Source of the DNA: Octopus sinensis
Lineage: Eukaryota
Direction: 5' to 3'
Assembly (NCBI RefSeq): GCF_006345805.1
Contig: NC_042999.1
Span: forward strand, 47,306,001-47,370,000
DNA: 64,000 nt
Shown: positions 1 to 11,023 of the stretch, in pieces
How the letters are laid out: every line of letters begins with the position of its first letter
How positions within the stretch are numbered: position 1 is the stretch's first letter
Notes under the pieces: model-generated
Seen by the model: only the letters and a program-made list of their open reading frames with translations
What the model was told of the DNA's origin: nothing
Database searches by the model: none
Made by a program: the position numbers and the translations under genes

Positions 1-1444
1 AATATTTAGTGACTGCACGTCACTTATGTTATATTAAACACAAACAGATGGCTAAGTATTTCCTTTTACGTTCTTGGCAAGAGAACAAGTCTTTGATTTT
101 GGTTATTTTTCGAACACTTATTGGCATAGTATGCATTTCTGGCTTTGTAGGTTTTTATATAGTGTTTTTTTTTGTTTATCTTCTCATTCATTTATATACA
201 CTTTCCTTTTTTTCACTTCAGGTTTGATTTAAAGGCCCTCTATCAATGAAAGGAAAAACACTAAATCAAGCAACAGTCTGGTTTATAATGTGAAATGATG
301 GAGAATATTAATCGAATTTCCCGTTGAGCAAACAGTTTGCCGTAACTTAACAACCATTAAACTCTGGGTGTATGTCATAGTTAATTACTATCCTTCTCGC
401 GGTAATGTGTGGCAAATATTCAAGAAAATCTGGTCAAAGGAAAAATTTATTGTTCGTGCTCGACTATATTTTTTTTTATGTCAGCTACTGCTCCTGCTCT
501 AAATACATTACATTTAATCCAACTACCAACGAGTTTAATTTTATACATACATACATACATATATACATTCATTATCTATCTATCTTGATTTCTCTGACTC
601 TCTCTCTGTCTCTCTTTCTCTAAAATGCACACACATATATATAGGTATATATATATATATTATATCTATATGTTTCTCACATCTATCTATCTAGTTATCT
701 ATCTATCAATCTAGTTATCTATGTATTTATCTATACACACGCGCACGAATGCACACGCTCACACACACATAAATTATTATGGATATGTATACATCGCGAA
801 CCGTTTTTAAATGCAGGAATTAAATAGTGCGAAAAATGCAATATTTTCAATAGAAGTTTTAAACACTTTTAAAAAATTGTATTAATTATTATATGCGTAC
901 TCTCTCCTTGTGTCCTTGTGCTGGTTGCTTTTACAAACTAGCTTGTCACCTGCTGCAGTCCTCGTTCCGCCTGATCATACACTTTTGTTGATATACTTGT
1001 ACTTACAATGTAGGCTTGAGAGACTTAAGTTAAAAGTTAGCATTGGCTTGAAAGATGTAAAAGGAGATTTATGTGCAACATCTACCCCTTGACAATGATA
1101 AATTTCTTGTTGTTGTGCATCCGAAGTAGTAGTGCAAGGTTCACACCTCTTAATTTATTCTCGTGTAAAATGAACATCCTTTCAATTTGTTCGAGTTACT
1201 TCAACACGACATATAGGATAAATGTTATGCACATTAAAGTGTTGCTGAGATAAAACCACTGATAAGTGTGAATATGTATTTCTTTTTGCTACCAGTGTTA
1301 AAACAATTTGTATTCAGTTGATTTTGTAACCACTGCAGTTATGATGTAGAGTACGATAGTTGCAGGAACCCTATCAATATCTATAAAGCTGAAATGTGAA
1401 AAAGTTGCTTGATTTCTTGTGTATTTGTCTCATTTTGGAATGGG

Positions 1445-2048
1445 GCGGATCGTGTCGTTCGCGAGAAGAGACTCAATAGATCGCAGTGTGGTAGCTGCTC
1501 TACTAAGCACGTCACTCCGAACGGCAAGTCGGGTCGTATGCAAGCGATCCCTTTCGTCTCGATCTCTTCGAACTAGTCGGGGCGGGACGACGAGCAGACG
1601 ACCACGGCGCGAACGCCGCGGCCGCCGCCGCGTCCCCGAATGGCAATTCCGCCGGCGACGCTGCCGCTCGCCGCGCGAACGCGACGGGCGGACGGCGAAC
1701 GCCGAGCTAAGGCATGCGCCTTGAGGTTGAGACGCTTTTGGAAAACAACTCGGGTCCGGCTACGGTTCCGGCTTAGAGGCGTTCAGCCGTTATCGCTCAG
1801 AGGCAGCCTGGCACCACCGCTCTATCGAGCGAGCGCGCAAACCGTTGCTCTGATCCCGCGGTTCCTCTCGTACTGGACAGGATAGCCGTAGCCGAGTTGA
1901 CGTTGCCGACGCCCGCCTAAGGTCGGCCGGAGAAACGCCGGCGGCACGGCCAGGACGGACGGACGCGCGAGCGCGCCGCCGCCTCGACCGCACGCCGAGT
2001 ACCCCGACGCGACTCGGGGCGCCGCGTACGCGCGATGCATCGGTAGGA

Positions 2049-2095
<47 letters not shown>

Positions 2096-2198
2096 GTTAG
2101 TGGGTGAACAATCCAACGCTTTGCGAATTCTGCTTCGCAATGATAGGAAGAGCCGATATCGAAGGATCAAAAAGCTACGTCGCTGCGAACGCTTGGCC

Positions 2199-2241
<43 letters not shown>

Positions 2242-2677
2242 CGGCGGACGCATAGCTCGCCGCTGTAATTCGGAAAGGATCGATGGGCCACGCTTTCGCG
2301 GTCCGTATTCGTACTGAAAATCGAGATCGAGCGAGTATTTGCCCTTTTGCTCGACGTGTGGTTTCCGTCCACGCTGAGCTCGCCTTGGGACACCTGCGTT
2401 ACCGTTTGACAGACGTACCGCCCCAGTCAAACTCCCCGACCGACACTGTTCTCGACTAAGGGTCGCGCATCGGCTGCACCGGCGCCCGCAAAGGCGCTCG
2501 ACATGCACCGCGCGCTTCGCACCAGATAATGAACCACCGCTCGGCAACGGCCCGATCCCTTCTCCATCGAGTGAGCGAGGAAACTACGGAAGTGGCGGTT
2601 TTTCATCGTCGCAAACGCGCGCGACACCCCGACGTCGAACGCGCTTAGCCGACGGCGCCCACGGGGCCGGATGGCGC
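1445..2677 (-). rRNA. 28S rRNA 3'-terminal fragment (domain V to mature 3' end), dispersed copy, probably a pseudogene
   Basis: GC-rich island whose reverse complement carries universal LSU motifs: sarcin-ricin loop (plus strand gttcctctcgtact 1861-1874), ccagctcacgttccc, gatgataggaagagccga-type and acaagccagttatccctgtggtaac, gtaccgccccagtcaaactcccc, and tcaatagatcgcag near the 3' end. Starts inside an expansion segment at ~2677; no ETS/ITS/18S nearby. Confidence 0.95.
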
Positions 2678-4264
2678 CAAAATTTACAAGTGTGGTAAAA
2701 CGGGGTGGGCAATGGTGTGAGGAGGCTTTCAAATCGCTCTGGGTTACCGTTTGGTTGACATGGTGAGGAATATGGGAAAAGTTGAGTTTTATGGGATAGA
2801 CAAGTTGCGCTTTTTGAATGATGGTCGCTTTTCGTGTTGCTGCAGGGGCTAGAGGCGGTTATCTTTAATTGTCGGTGTAAAACTTTGGGGGATTTTAGAA
2901 AGGGTGGGGGTTAGAGAAAACGGCAATAAAAAGAACCAGGCAAAGATGAACAAAAGAAGAACGGGGAAAGGAGACAACACCACCACCAAAACCCGAGCGA
3001 AGCACGGGTCAAAATAACTAGTCTATAAGAAAAAAACCAAACAGCGGATGCGTGACAGTCTCCTCTTTTGCCAACCAGTAGTGTATATATGATATATGCA
3101 AAGGTGTACTTTGCGTGTTTCATATGGATAGCAGAAACATTCTGGCTACCATATTCTGCCCAGTTTGGGCTGACTGCCAAACATAATCTCTGTAGTAAGT
3201 TATGACTCTGTAATATTGATTGTGCAAATGAAGTAAACTCGGCCTGCTATAATTACGAATAGAAATCACGGCTATCCGTACAGACCAAATATGAATGAAG
3301 TTGATCATATAAACAACAATACAACATTGGCAGAATGATCATCATTTGCGACAGCCTCTTTAAAAGAAAAGTTACTCTTCATCATTAGCCTGTTTTAAAT
3401 TTGTCTGATACAGCAGAATCGCTGAGATTTTTTGTCATGCATACCAAAAAAAATAGACTGGTGAAAGGGTAAATCGTATTTCATAACATGCATACCAACG
3501 CATCCGACCATCCTTCAGATGTTATTGGCAGAAAATACTATCATATCTCGTCTTTGATTTTCTCAGGTTTATCCAGATCACCCTCATAGAATATAATAGG
3601 AGTGATATAGCCATCATAAGACATACGAATATCTGATATGCAAATCACTTTATCGTCCATATATGTACATGTATGTGTTTGCATGTGCATTTGTTTGACA
3701 ACACATTTGTATTTGCAACAGTAGCATTAAGATTCAATTCTACTGAAAATTACTAATTTTCAGGTTATACACCACACATATAATTCGTGTACTGTGTATA
3801 TCCAAAGAAATGCTCAACTGAAACTTTAAAATAAATGCATAAAAATGTGCTTATTCATACAGATATACATTGCAAACTGATTAATTAGTTCATACGTTTT
3901 TGCTTACTTAACTGAATTTAAAATATATATTTGTAAAAATGTGTATAATAAATATATATATTGCAATAGTATTATCGAGGTTTCATGTGTCAGTCAATCA
4001 TCCTCTAATTGACTGCAATGATTGATGATGTCTTTAGAAGTAGATATTCATTATGGGTTGGTTAGGAAAACTGAAAGAAAAAATTAAAAATGACAGTTAG
4101 CCAAACGCAGGTAGGAAATTACTTGCCATAAGCACGAAACCTGCAAAGAATGGCTATATGGTCAAGATAAAACGACATGTGCTATTTGGACACACAATTA
4201 AATACTTCCACCATACATAGTGACTACATATGAATTCATGTTTGCATGTGACTGTATACGTGAT

Positions 4265-4300
<36 letters not shown>

Positions 4301-4304
<4 letters not shown>

Positions 4305-4517
4305 AATGTAATATGTAACAATTATTCGGTAGCCATGATAAAACTCCGAGTTACATATGTCGAAGAGATGGCGGCGTAGATTTCCACCCCGACATCTGAA
4401 ACTCAGAGTTTTATCATGGATACCGAATAATTGTCACATTATATTTACAGATAAATTCCTCTATTTACATAATATCGAGGTCTCTTTCATTCTTTTGTTG
4501 TCGTACAATTTCTATCA

Positions 4518-4518
<1 letters not shown>
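4301..4518 (+). mobile_element. Fold-back element (inverted arm + direct arm + ~70-bp tail) between (TA)n tracts, with degenerate hammerhead-like core; Penelope pLTR-like
   Basis: 4301-4362 is the imperfect reverse complement of 4389-4449; direct arm reads ..GAAGA gatg..catct GAAA CTCAGAG T T with near-palindromic stem III. Confidence 0.55.
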
Positions 4519-4609
<91 letters not shown>

Positions 4610-4612
<3 letters not shown>

Positions 4613-4791
4613 AGAGTTTACGAAAAAAACAAACGAAGACAGGTGGTGTACAAAACAAACAGATGTATTAGTATAACGATCAGGAACAGAAAAAGTCTTT
4701 TAGGTTTCGAGCCTACGCTCTTCTACAGAAAGGGACACAGAAAAGACAAGGAAAGAAAAAAAATGTGTGTAGTGGCTAACGATCTATCATG
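4610..4791 (-). repeat. ~185-bp (TA)n-anchored interspersed repeat with hammerhead-like motif (GAAGAGCGTAGGCTCGAAAC)
   Basis: Clear homologs in this window at 33990-34130, 49243-49428 and partial 6590-6650; the full copies abut (TA)n at the same end (tatatataggga/gagaatttac). Confidence 0.7.
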
Positions 4792-5199
4792 ACGAATAGT
4801 CCGTATATATGCATGTACGTATATATGTATTTGTCGCGTGGGTGCGAGTGTCCCTGTAAAAATGCATAAGTAAATAGATTTTGGGATGCAGTATGTATGA
4901 AACTTGCCCGACAATCATAAGGTCTCGGACTGGATTCCAGGGTTAAAGCGTTCATCATTAAGGCCACAGACTGAAACTAGCTTTGTGAATAAAATTGAAT
5001 ACACGGAAAATTGTCGAAAAATTAATGTTTTTTTGCTAGCATCGAGTCTCTAAAGTTATGTCTGTTATTTAAATAGTCACTCACTTATACACTGCTTCAG
5101 TCACCACAAACTTAAATGAAACGATCGACGGAATTTAGTTTCATATGAAGAAGGTCATTATGCCAATAATCAACACATGCACCGGTTATAGTTCACTTT

Positions 5200-5445
5200 G
5201 GAGGCGAGTGGCTTAGTGGTGATTGGTGTTGGACCCATGATCGTAAGATTGGGGTTCTGATTTCTGGGCCGTGCTACTGTGTGTGTTCTTGAGCAAAACA
5301 CTTAATTTCACGTTGCTCCACTCCCTTCAGCTGGCAAAAATGACTAATGCTGCAACGGACCGGAGTCCTGTCCAGCTGTAGAATGTATATGCAATGGAAA
5401 CGAGGAAACCTACCCAATGAGTCTATATGACTCGAGAAAGAACTA

Positions 5446-5446
<1 letters not shown>
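5200..5446 (+). mobile_element. tRNA-derived SINE with CORE-like central domain and (TAC)n tail
   Basis: A-box-like tggcttagtgg, gtgttcttgagcaaaacacttaatttcacgttgctcca central block shared with 51680-52018, followed by (TAC)n. Confidence 0.7.
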
Positions 5447-5486
<40 letters not shown>

Positions 5487-5534
5487 TAATACCACCACCG
5501 TTACTACTATTACTACCACTAATATTTCACTGCT

Positions 5535-5770
5535 TATTCTTTATTGTCCACAAGGGGCTAAACATAGAGGGGACAAACAAGGACAGACAAACGGATTAAG
5601 TCGATTACATCGACCCCAGTGCGCAACAGGTACTTAATTTATCCATCCCGAAAGGATGAAAGGCAAAGTCGACCTCGGTAGAATTTGAACTCAGAACGTA
5701 ACGGAAAAATCGAAATACCCCTAAGCATTTCGCCCAGCGTGCTAACGATTCTGCCAGTTCGCCACCTTAT
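5535..5770 (-). mobile_element. tRNA-derived SINE (abundant octopus-type family)
   Basis: Reverse head ggtggcgaactggcagaatcgttagc, B-box-like gagttcaaattc, body gtcgactttgcctttcatcctttcgg shared with 7243-7478, 8502-8721 and others. Confidence 0.85.
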
Positions 5771-6130
5771 ATTTCACTTCTTTAATGAAGTTGAACTAGA
5801 GTACAAAGAACATGTCATTCAGGAATTCGCTGATAGTAATGAAAGGAATTCGACAAGCTTCACTGATTGGCTGAAAGATTAATGAAACATTCGATTAGTT
5901 AGCCTGGAATTTTTTAATCAATTGACAAATGATGATAACATAAGTGAAACAGAACCAGTGTGTGTGCTTCTTATTGCCATAATGACTCTTCTGAGATACA
6001 ACAGAAATTGTATTAACTCAAGATCTGACATCAAGTATCTTTGAAATGGAACAAACCTACTTATTACCAGAACGAATATAGACCAGTTGTAACACGAATA
6101 TACACACCATGCATATGTGTATGTTTGTGT

Positions 6131-6157
<27 letters not shown>

Positions 6158-6161
<4 letters not shown>

Positions 6162-6463
6162 TACTATAGCCTCGGGCCAACCAAAGCCTTGTGAGTGGAT
6201 TTTGTAGACGGAAACTGAAAGAAGCCCGTCATATATATGTGTATATGTGTGTGTATACGTTTGTGTGTTCGTGTTTGTCCGCCAACATCGCTTACAACCG
6301 ATGATGGTGTATTTATGTCCCGTAACTTAGTGGTTAGGCAAAAATGACCGATAAAATAAGTACTAGGCTTACAAAGAATAAGTCCTGGGGTCGATTTGCT
6401 CGACTAAAGGCGGTGCTCCGGCATGGCCACTGTCAAATGACTGAAACAAGGAAAAGAGTAAAA

Positions 6464-6467
<4 letters not shown>
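6158..6467 (+). mobile_element. 5'-truncated SINE with internal microsatellite (second abundant family)
   Basis: ctactatagcctcgggcc..gacggaaactgaaagaagcccgtc..(TA/TG)n..aataagtcctggggtcgatttgctcgactaaaggcggtgctcc; homologous to 44280-46953 copies. Confidence 0.85.
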
Positions 6468-6541
<74 letters not shown>

Positions 6542-7242
6542 TAGCCATCATTGACTGCTAAATCCACAAGTCATTGTTATTCTCTTTCTGCTTATTTCAT
6601 CGTGTTCCTTTCTGTTGAAGAGCATAGGATGGACACGTAAAAAACTTTGGCGTAATTGTTCACTAGGATAAGAATTACAACGTAAATAAATCAATTATAT
6701 ATTAAAATAGTTAGTACATTGAATCGGTCGGCGTTTCATGTTTAGTGCTTCTATCCCTGTTTAGAATGAAATTATTCCTAGCAGGTATCATATAATTATT
6801 AAAAATTATATTAAATAATGATACCTATACATTAATACTTCAGCTTATAAACAAAGAAGATTTTTCATATATTCACGCATGTTTATGGTATTCAAAAACC
6901 ATCATGGGATATAATATTATTTTTATAAATAATTAATTATATATTATAATTACTTGAATTGTAAATATGTTGATACGTCACGTTTTATTACAATAGCGTC
7001 TGTAAATATAAGCATGAAAGAATGCTTAGTAGATATTATACTGATATAAAGATATCAAATGGTAAAAATGTATATTAAGTCTCTTACACAGGTGACAGTA
7101 CTATTGTGATTGCTATAAATTCAATTACGTATATTTCTTATGAATATGCGTTGATACTTAATTATATAATTTATTAAGAAAAAGTTACAAGTAAAAGTAT
7201 TGATTTATAGTGATTGTCGCTACAGTTATGCTTTTGATATAT

Positions 7243-7478
7243 AAAGCGGCGATCTGGCGGAAGCGTTAGTACGTTGGGCTAATTGCTTAGTGGCATTTTG
7301 TCTGTCTTTACGTTCTGAGTTCAAATTCCACCGAGGTCGACTTTGCCTTTCATCCTTTCGGAGTCGTTAAATTTGCCTTTCGGAGTCGTTAAATTAAGTA
7401 CTAGCTGCGTACTGGTGTCGATCAAATCGATTGTCCTCCCCGCCCCGAATTTCAGACCTTGTGCCTAGAGTAGAAGAG
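7243..7478 (+). mobile_element. tRNA-derived SINE with 22-bp internal tandem duplication
   Basis: Same family as 5535-5770; cctttcggagtcgttaaatt occurs twice in tandem at ~7354-7396. Confidence 0.85.
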
Positions 7479-7540
7479 AATAACATCAACAACAACAACA
7501 ACAACACAACCACAATAATAATAATAATAATAATAATAAA

Positions 7541-8323
7541 TCCCAGTAACGGTTGAGAAGCTCAGGACTCAAAGCAGAGACAGGGGTTTTTAAATGCAGC
7601 ACAACACCAAAGCCTCCCCATCAGAAATTACCAAGAACATTTAATGAAAAGAAATATAACAAGTAATGCAGAATATGTGGAGATGGACAAGAAACAATAA
7701 ATCATATTATTTCTGGCTGCCCAGTCCTGGCTAAGAAGGACTATATTCACAGACACGACAGAGTTGGGACCTACATACATTGGAAGCCATGCCAATATTA
7801 TGGAATATCAACAGAAAAAAGATGGTATAGGTACACACAAGAAAAGGTTAAAGAAAACGAGAAAGCAACCATACTCTGGGATATGCCGATACACACAGAT
7901 AGAGAAATTAAGGCCAACAGGCCAGATATAGTTGTCAGAGATCATGGAGAAAAATGCTTTCTAATTGATGTATCAATACCAGCAGATTACAAGGTGTCTC
8001 TAAAAGAAATTGAGAAACTTTCAAAATACAAAGACCTGGAAATAGAGGTAACTAGAATGTGGAGTCTAAAAACAGAAACAATTCCTATCACAGTAGGTGC
8101 ATTAGGCATGATAAAAATATTCAAATACATAACAATACACCAGGACTTACAAACACATATAACATAGAGAACATTGCACTACTAGGCACTGCACACATCC
8201 TACGCAGAACACTTTCAATACAGTAACCATCAGAACATCACAACAAATCACAGCACATACTCAAGGCATACAGAGCTGCGCTCGGTAGTGAAGTGAAAGC
8301 ACGCTATAAAAATGAAACTACTG
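7541..8323 (+). mobile_element. R4/Dong-clade non-LTR retrotransposon 3' fragment (CCHC zinc finger + restriction-like endonuclease + 3' end), decayed
   Basis: Translates (with frameshifts) to CRICGDGQETINHIISGCP..LWDMPIHTDREIKANRPDIVV..LIDVSIP..EKLSKYKDL..GALG; flanked on both sides by (TAA)n. Confidence 0.9.
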
Positions 8324-8342
8324 AATAATAATAATAATAATG

Positions 8343-8388
<46 letters not shown>

Positions 8389-9156
8389 GTACCAAGCAGT
8401 GGCTCTCGTGGCTTTTGATCTTAACTGATGGAATTGTTATCATGTACATTGTTTTGTCTTGGTATAAAAGATGGGCTACAGCAAATGTTGTGCTCAATAC
8501 CTATTTCTTTATTACCCACAAGGGGCTAAACACAGAGAGGACAAACAAGGACAGACATAGGTATTAAGTCGATTACATCGACCCCAGAGCGTAACTGGTA
8601 CTTAATTTATCGACCCCGAAAGGATGAAAGGCAAAGTCGACCTCGGCGGAATTTGAACTCACAACGTAACGCAGACGAAATACCGCTAAGTATTTCGCCC
8701 GGCGTGCTAACTTTTCTGCCAAATACCACAGATTTGCTTGTCAGTTGTTTGACTTTAACCAGTTGAGCATGTCCCTTAGTGGCTGACGATATGTGCATCT
8801 CTGATCACGAGCAGAAGTATTGGGGGAGCATCATAGCCATATGTTGAGAGGGATTCTTTGGGGTTTGAATAATTCACCTCTGGAAACACGGGTGGTTCTT
8901 TCAACATCCTTAAACAACCCTTATTCAGGGACCTTTTGAGCGGGATGGGCTACTTAATCAGAAGAAAATTCTAACAGGGCCCCACCTGCAAGGTCATGTG
9001 CTGTTTATCCTTTTATGAGATCACCATGTCGCGCACATATGGTTGTGATGCACGTGTCTGGTGTACCCTTATCAGACGGGTAGTCATGATGGGTATACTG
9101 GGCTTCGTATATTTTACCCCAGTGTCACTTTGAAGGCATGAACTGCTCTCTCACTC
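8389..9156 (+). mobile_element. (TAA)n-tailed non-coding retroelement 3' portion, interrupted by a SINE
   Basis: Non-coding block sitting between two (TAA)n tracts and ending ctctctcactc(AAT)n; sequence is continuous across the nested SINE. Family assignment from recalled repeat similarity only. Confidence 0.5.
8502..8721 (-). mobile_element. SINE nested in older element, 6-bp TSD AATACC
   Basis: AATACC at 8496-8501 and 8722-8727 flanks a copy of the 5535-5770 family. Confidence 0.88.
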
Positions 9157-9172
9157 AATAATGATAATAATA

Positions 9173-9238
<66 letters not shown>

Positions 9239-9704
9239 AATACCAATCGCATTAGGTAATGTTTAAGTTGGCCTTTGTTCACATAGTTGTATCGACCGTA
9301 TCTATTGCACACAACTATGGCTGACGCGATATTGTAAAATGATTAATAATAATTAGATGCTTTTGATGCGTCATATTTTAGTTGGCTTCCATATTTAAAA
9401 AAAAAATGCATTCGCTAATACATGATGAGTTTTAACATCTCCCTCCCCTTCTTTCTCTCTGAACGTATCTCCATCTTTCTCTCTCTTTTTCTCTTTCTCT
9501 AGCTCTTAGCTCACCCTAATTGCAACACCACCACCAATAAGAACTACATGCATAATAAACGCGCGCGCACAACTATGTAATACATGTTTGTTTATAAGTT
9601 TATAAATATACTTATAACAGTTTTTTTAATACATACATTACTAATACGTGTACATCTGAGTCTGTCAAGAGTCGAACAACACGTTTGAATGTATCTCCTT
9701 TCTG

Positions 9705-9823
9705 GAAATTTCTGCCCTGATGAAATACCTAATTAACCAGTTTTAATTTGTAAATTTTAAATTAATTTAATTTCTCTAACTGAACTAATTGGTTAAGGAA
9801 ACGGATGTAGGGATAAAAATTTC
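9705..9823 (+). ncRNA. Type I hammerhead-like motif with long AU-rich stem II (non-canonical stem II junction)
   Basis: CTGATGA 9717-9723, GAAA 9798-9801, stem III C-G with GGAT loop, GUA cleavage triplet 9807-9809; stem I gaaatttctgcc/gggataaaaatttc pairs imperfectly. Confidence 0.4.
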
Positions 9824-10520
9824 ATTTTATATTAACTGGAATATCTTTGAAAAAAAAACTGATAATAATAGCAATAAACCTTGAATGGAATTGATGAATT
9901 CATACAAAAGTACACAAACAACTCAACTTTTGCACTGGTTAAAATGGATAACCATCTACTAATTTTTTATCGCTTGAAAATATGAATACATGAAGATGAT
10001 GACACCAATGCCCAAGGATGCTACGGATACCACGAATACTAGGGACTACACTGTAATCATCCCAGTAACATGGACTGAGATCTTAAGAGATATGTGATTT
10101 GTGGAAACGCGCGAGGCAATGCATTAAATGCTAATAAATACCATCCCAAAATTCTGTTATTACTACTATATTTATCTTACATTACATCCTTATAGGTTGA
10201 TGCAACGCCAAAAAAAATGATTTATCAGTGAGCATCATTGGTCGGCATAATTGAATAGGTGCTTTATTTGCATATTTATATCGTTTCCCGTAAACAAGTT
10301 TTATATATACTTCATTTTGCTATAATGAATCCATAAACACATATAAACATCTAAGGGTATATTTTTTACTTACCTCTGAGGCTATTAGCCTCAGATCATA
10401 TACATTTAATATTTACTTACAATTTACTGAGTATTAACTGAAACAGCTGTAAGGGATGATCATTAATTTGCTATTACTAATAAACAAGTATTAACTTCCC
10501 ATCTTCATTTTCTTTTCCTT

Positions 10521-10577
<57 letters not shown>

Positions 10578-10721
10578 ATATATATATATTGGCCTGCTCG
10601 CTTAGCCAGCGGCGTGGTGTCATTTAAAGGTTAAAACAATGCGAAACGCATTGTGACCAGCGATATGTAGCAACATCTGATAGCCTGGTCGGTCACGGTG
10701 ATATATATATATATATATCCT

Positions 10722-10791
10722 GTTATAGAGTGATCAGTGGTTTCGCATCCATAAAACGCTTAACGCTGTAGATAACTCATCAGACTCCAAT
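10722..10791 (-). ncRNA. Minimal type I hammerhead ribozyme motif
   Basis: Minus strand: ggagt CTGATGA gttatcta..tggatgc GAAA ccactg ATC actc; stem I GGAGT/ACTCT, stem II closes G-C, AUC triplet; one mismatch in stem III. Confidence 0.65.
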
Positions 10792-10955
10792 GGCTGCGAA
10801 CATATAACCACAGAAGAGATGTTATATACCTGCGACTATTGGAGTCTAGTGTGTCCTCTGTAGAACTAAGCGCCTTATGGATTCAAAAATATTGGTTTTT
10901 CTATGACCGGACATTACTCTTTTTGAGGGTACTACTTTTTCAGATATATGATCTA

Positions 10956-11014
<59 letters not shown>

Positions 11015-11023
<9 letters not shown>

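Noticed and set aside
2665-2690. TGGCGCCATCCGG on the minus strand as an LTR primer-binding site
   Set aside because: Only the first 7 nt fit a tRNA-Lys-type PBS; no LTR pair or TG..CA ends found.
1419-2732. Arg/Ala-rich ORFs in the GC-rich island
   Set aside because: Spurious frames over the 28S rRNA fragment.
4107-4144. Type III hammerhead-like stem (gcaggta..gaaacctgc)
   Set aside because: No CUGANGA core and no room for stems I and II between the strands.
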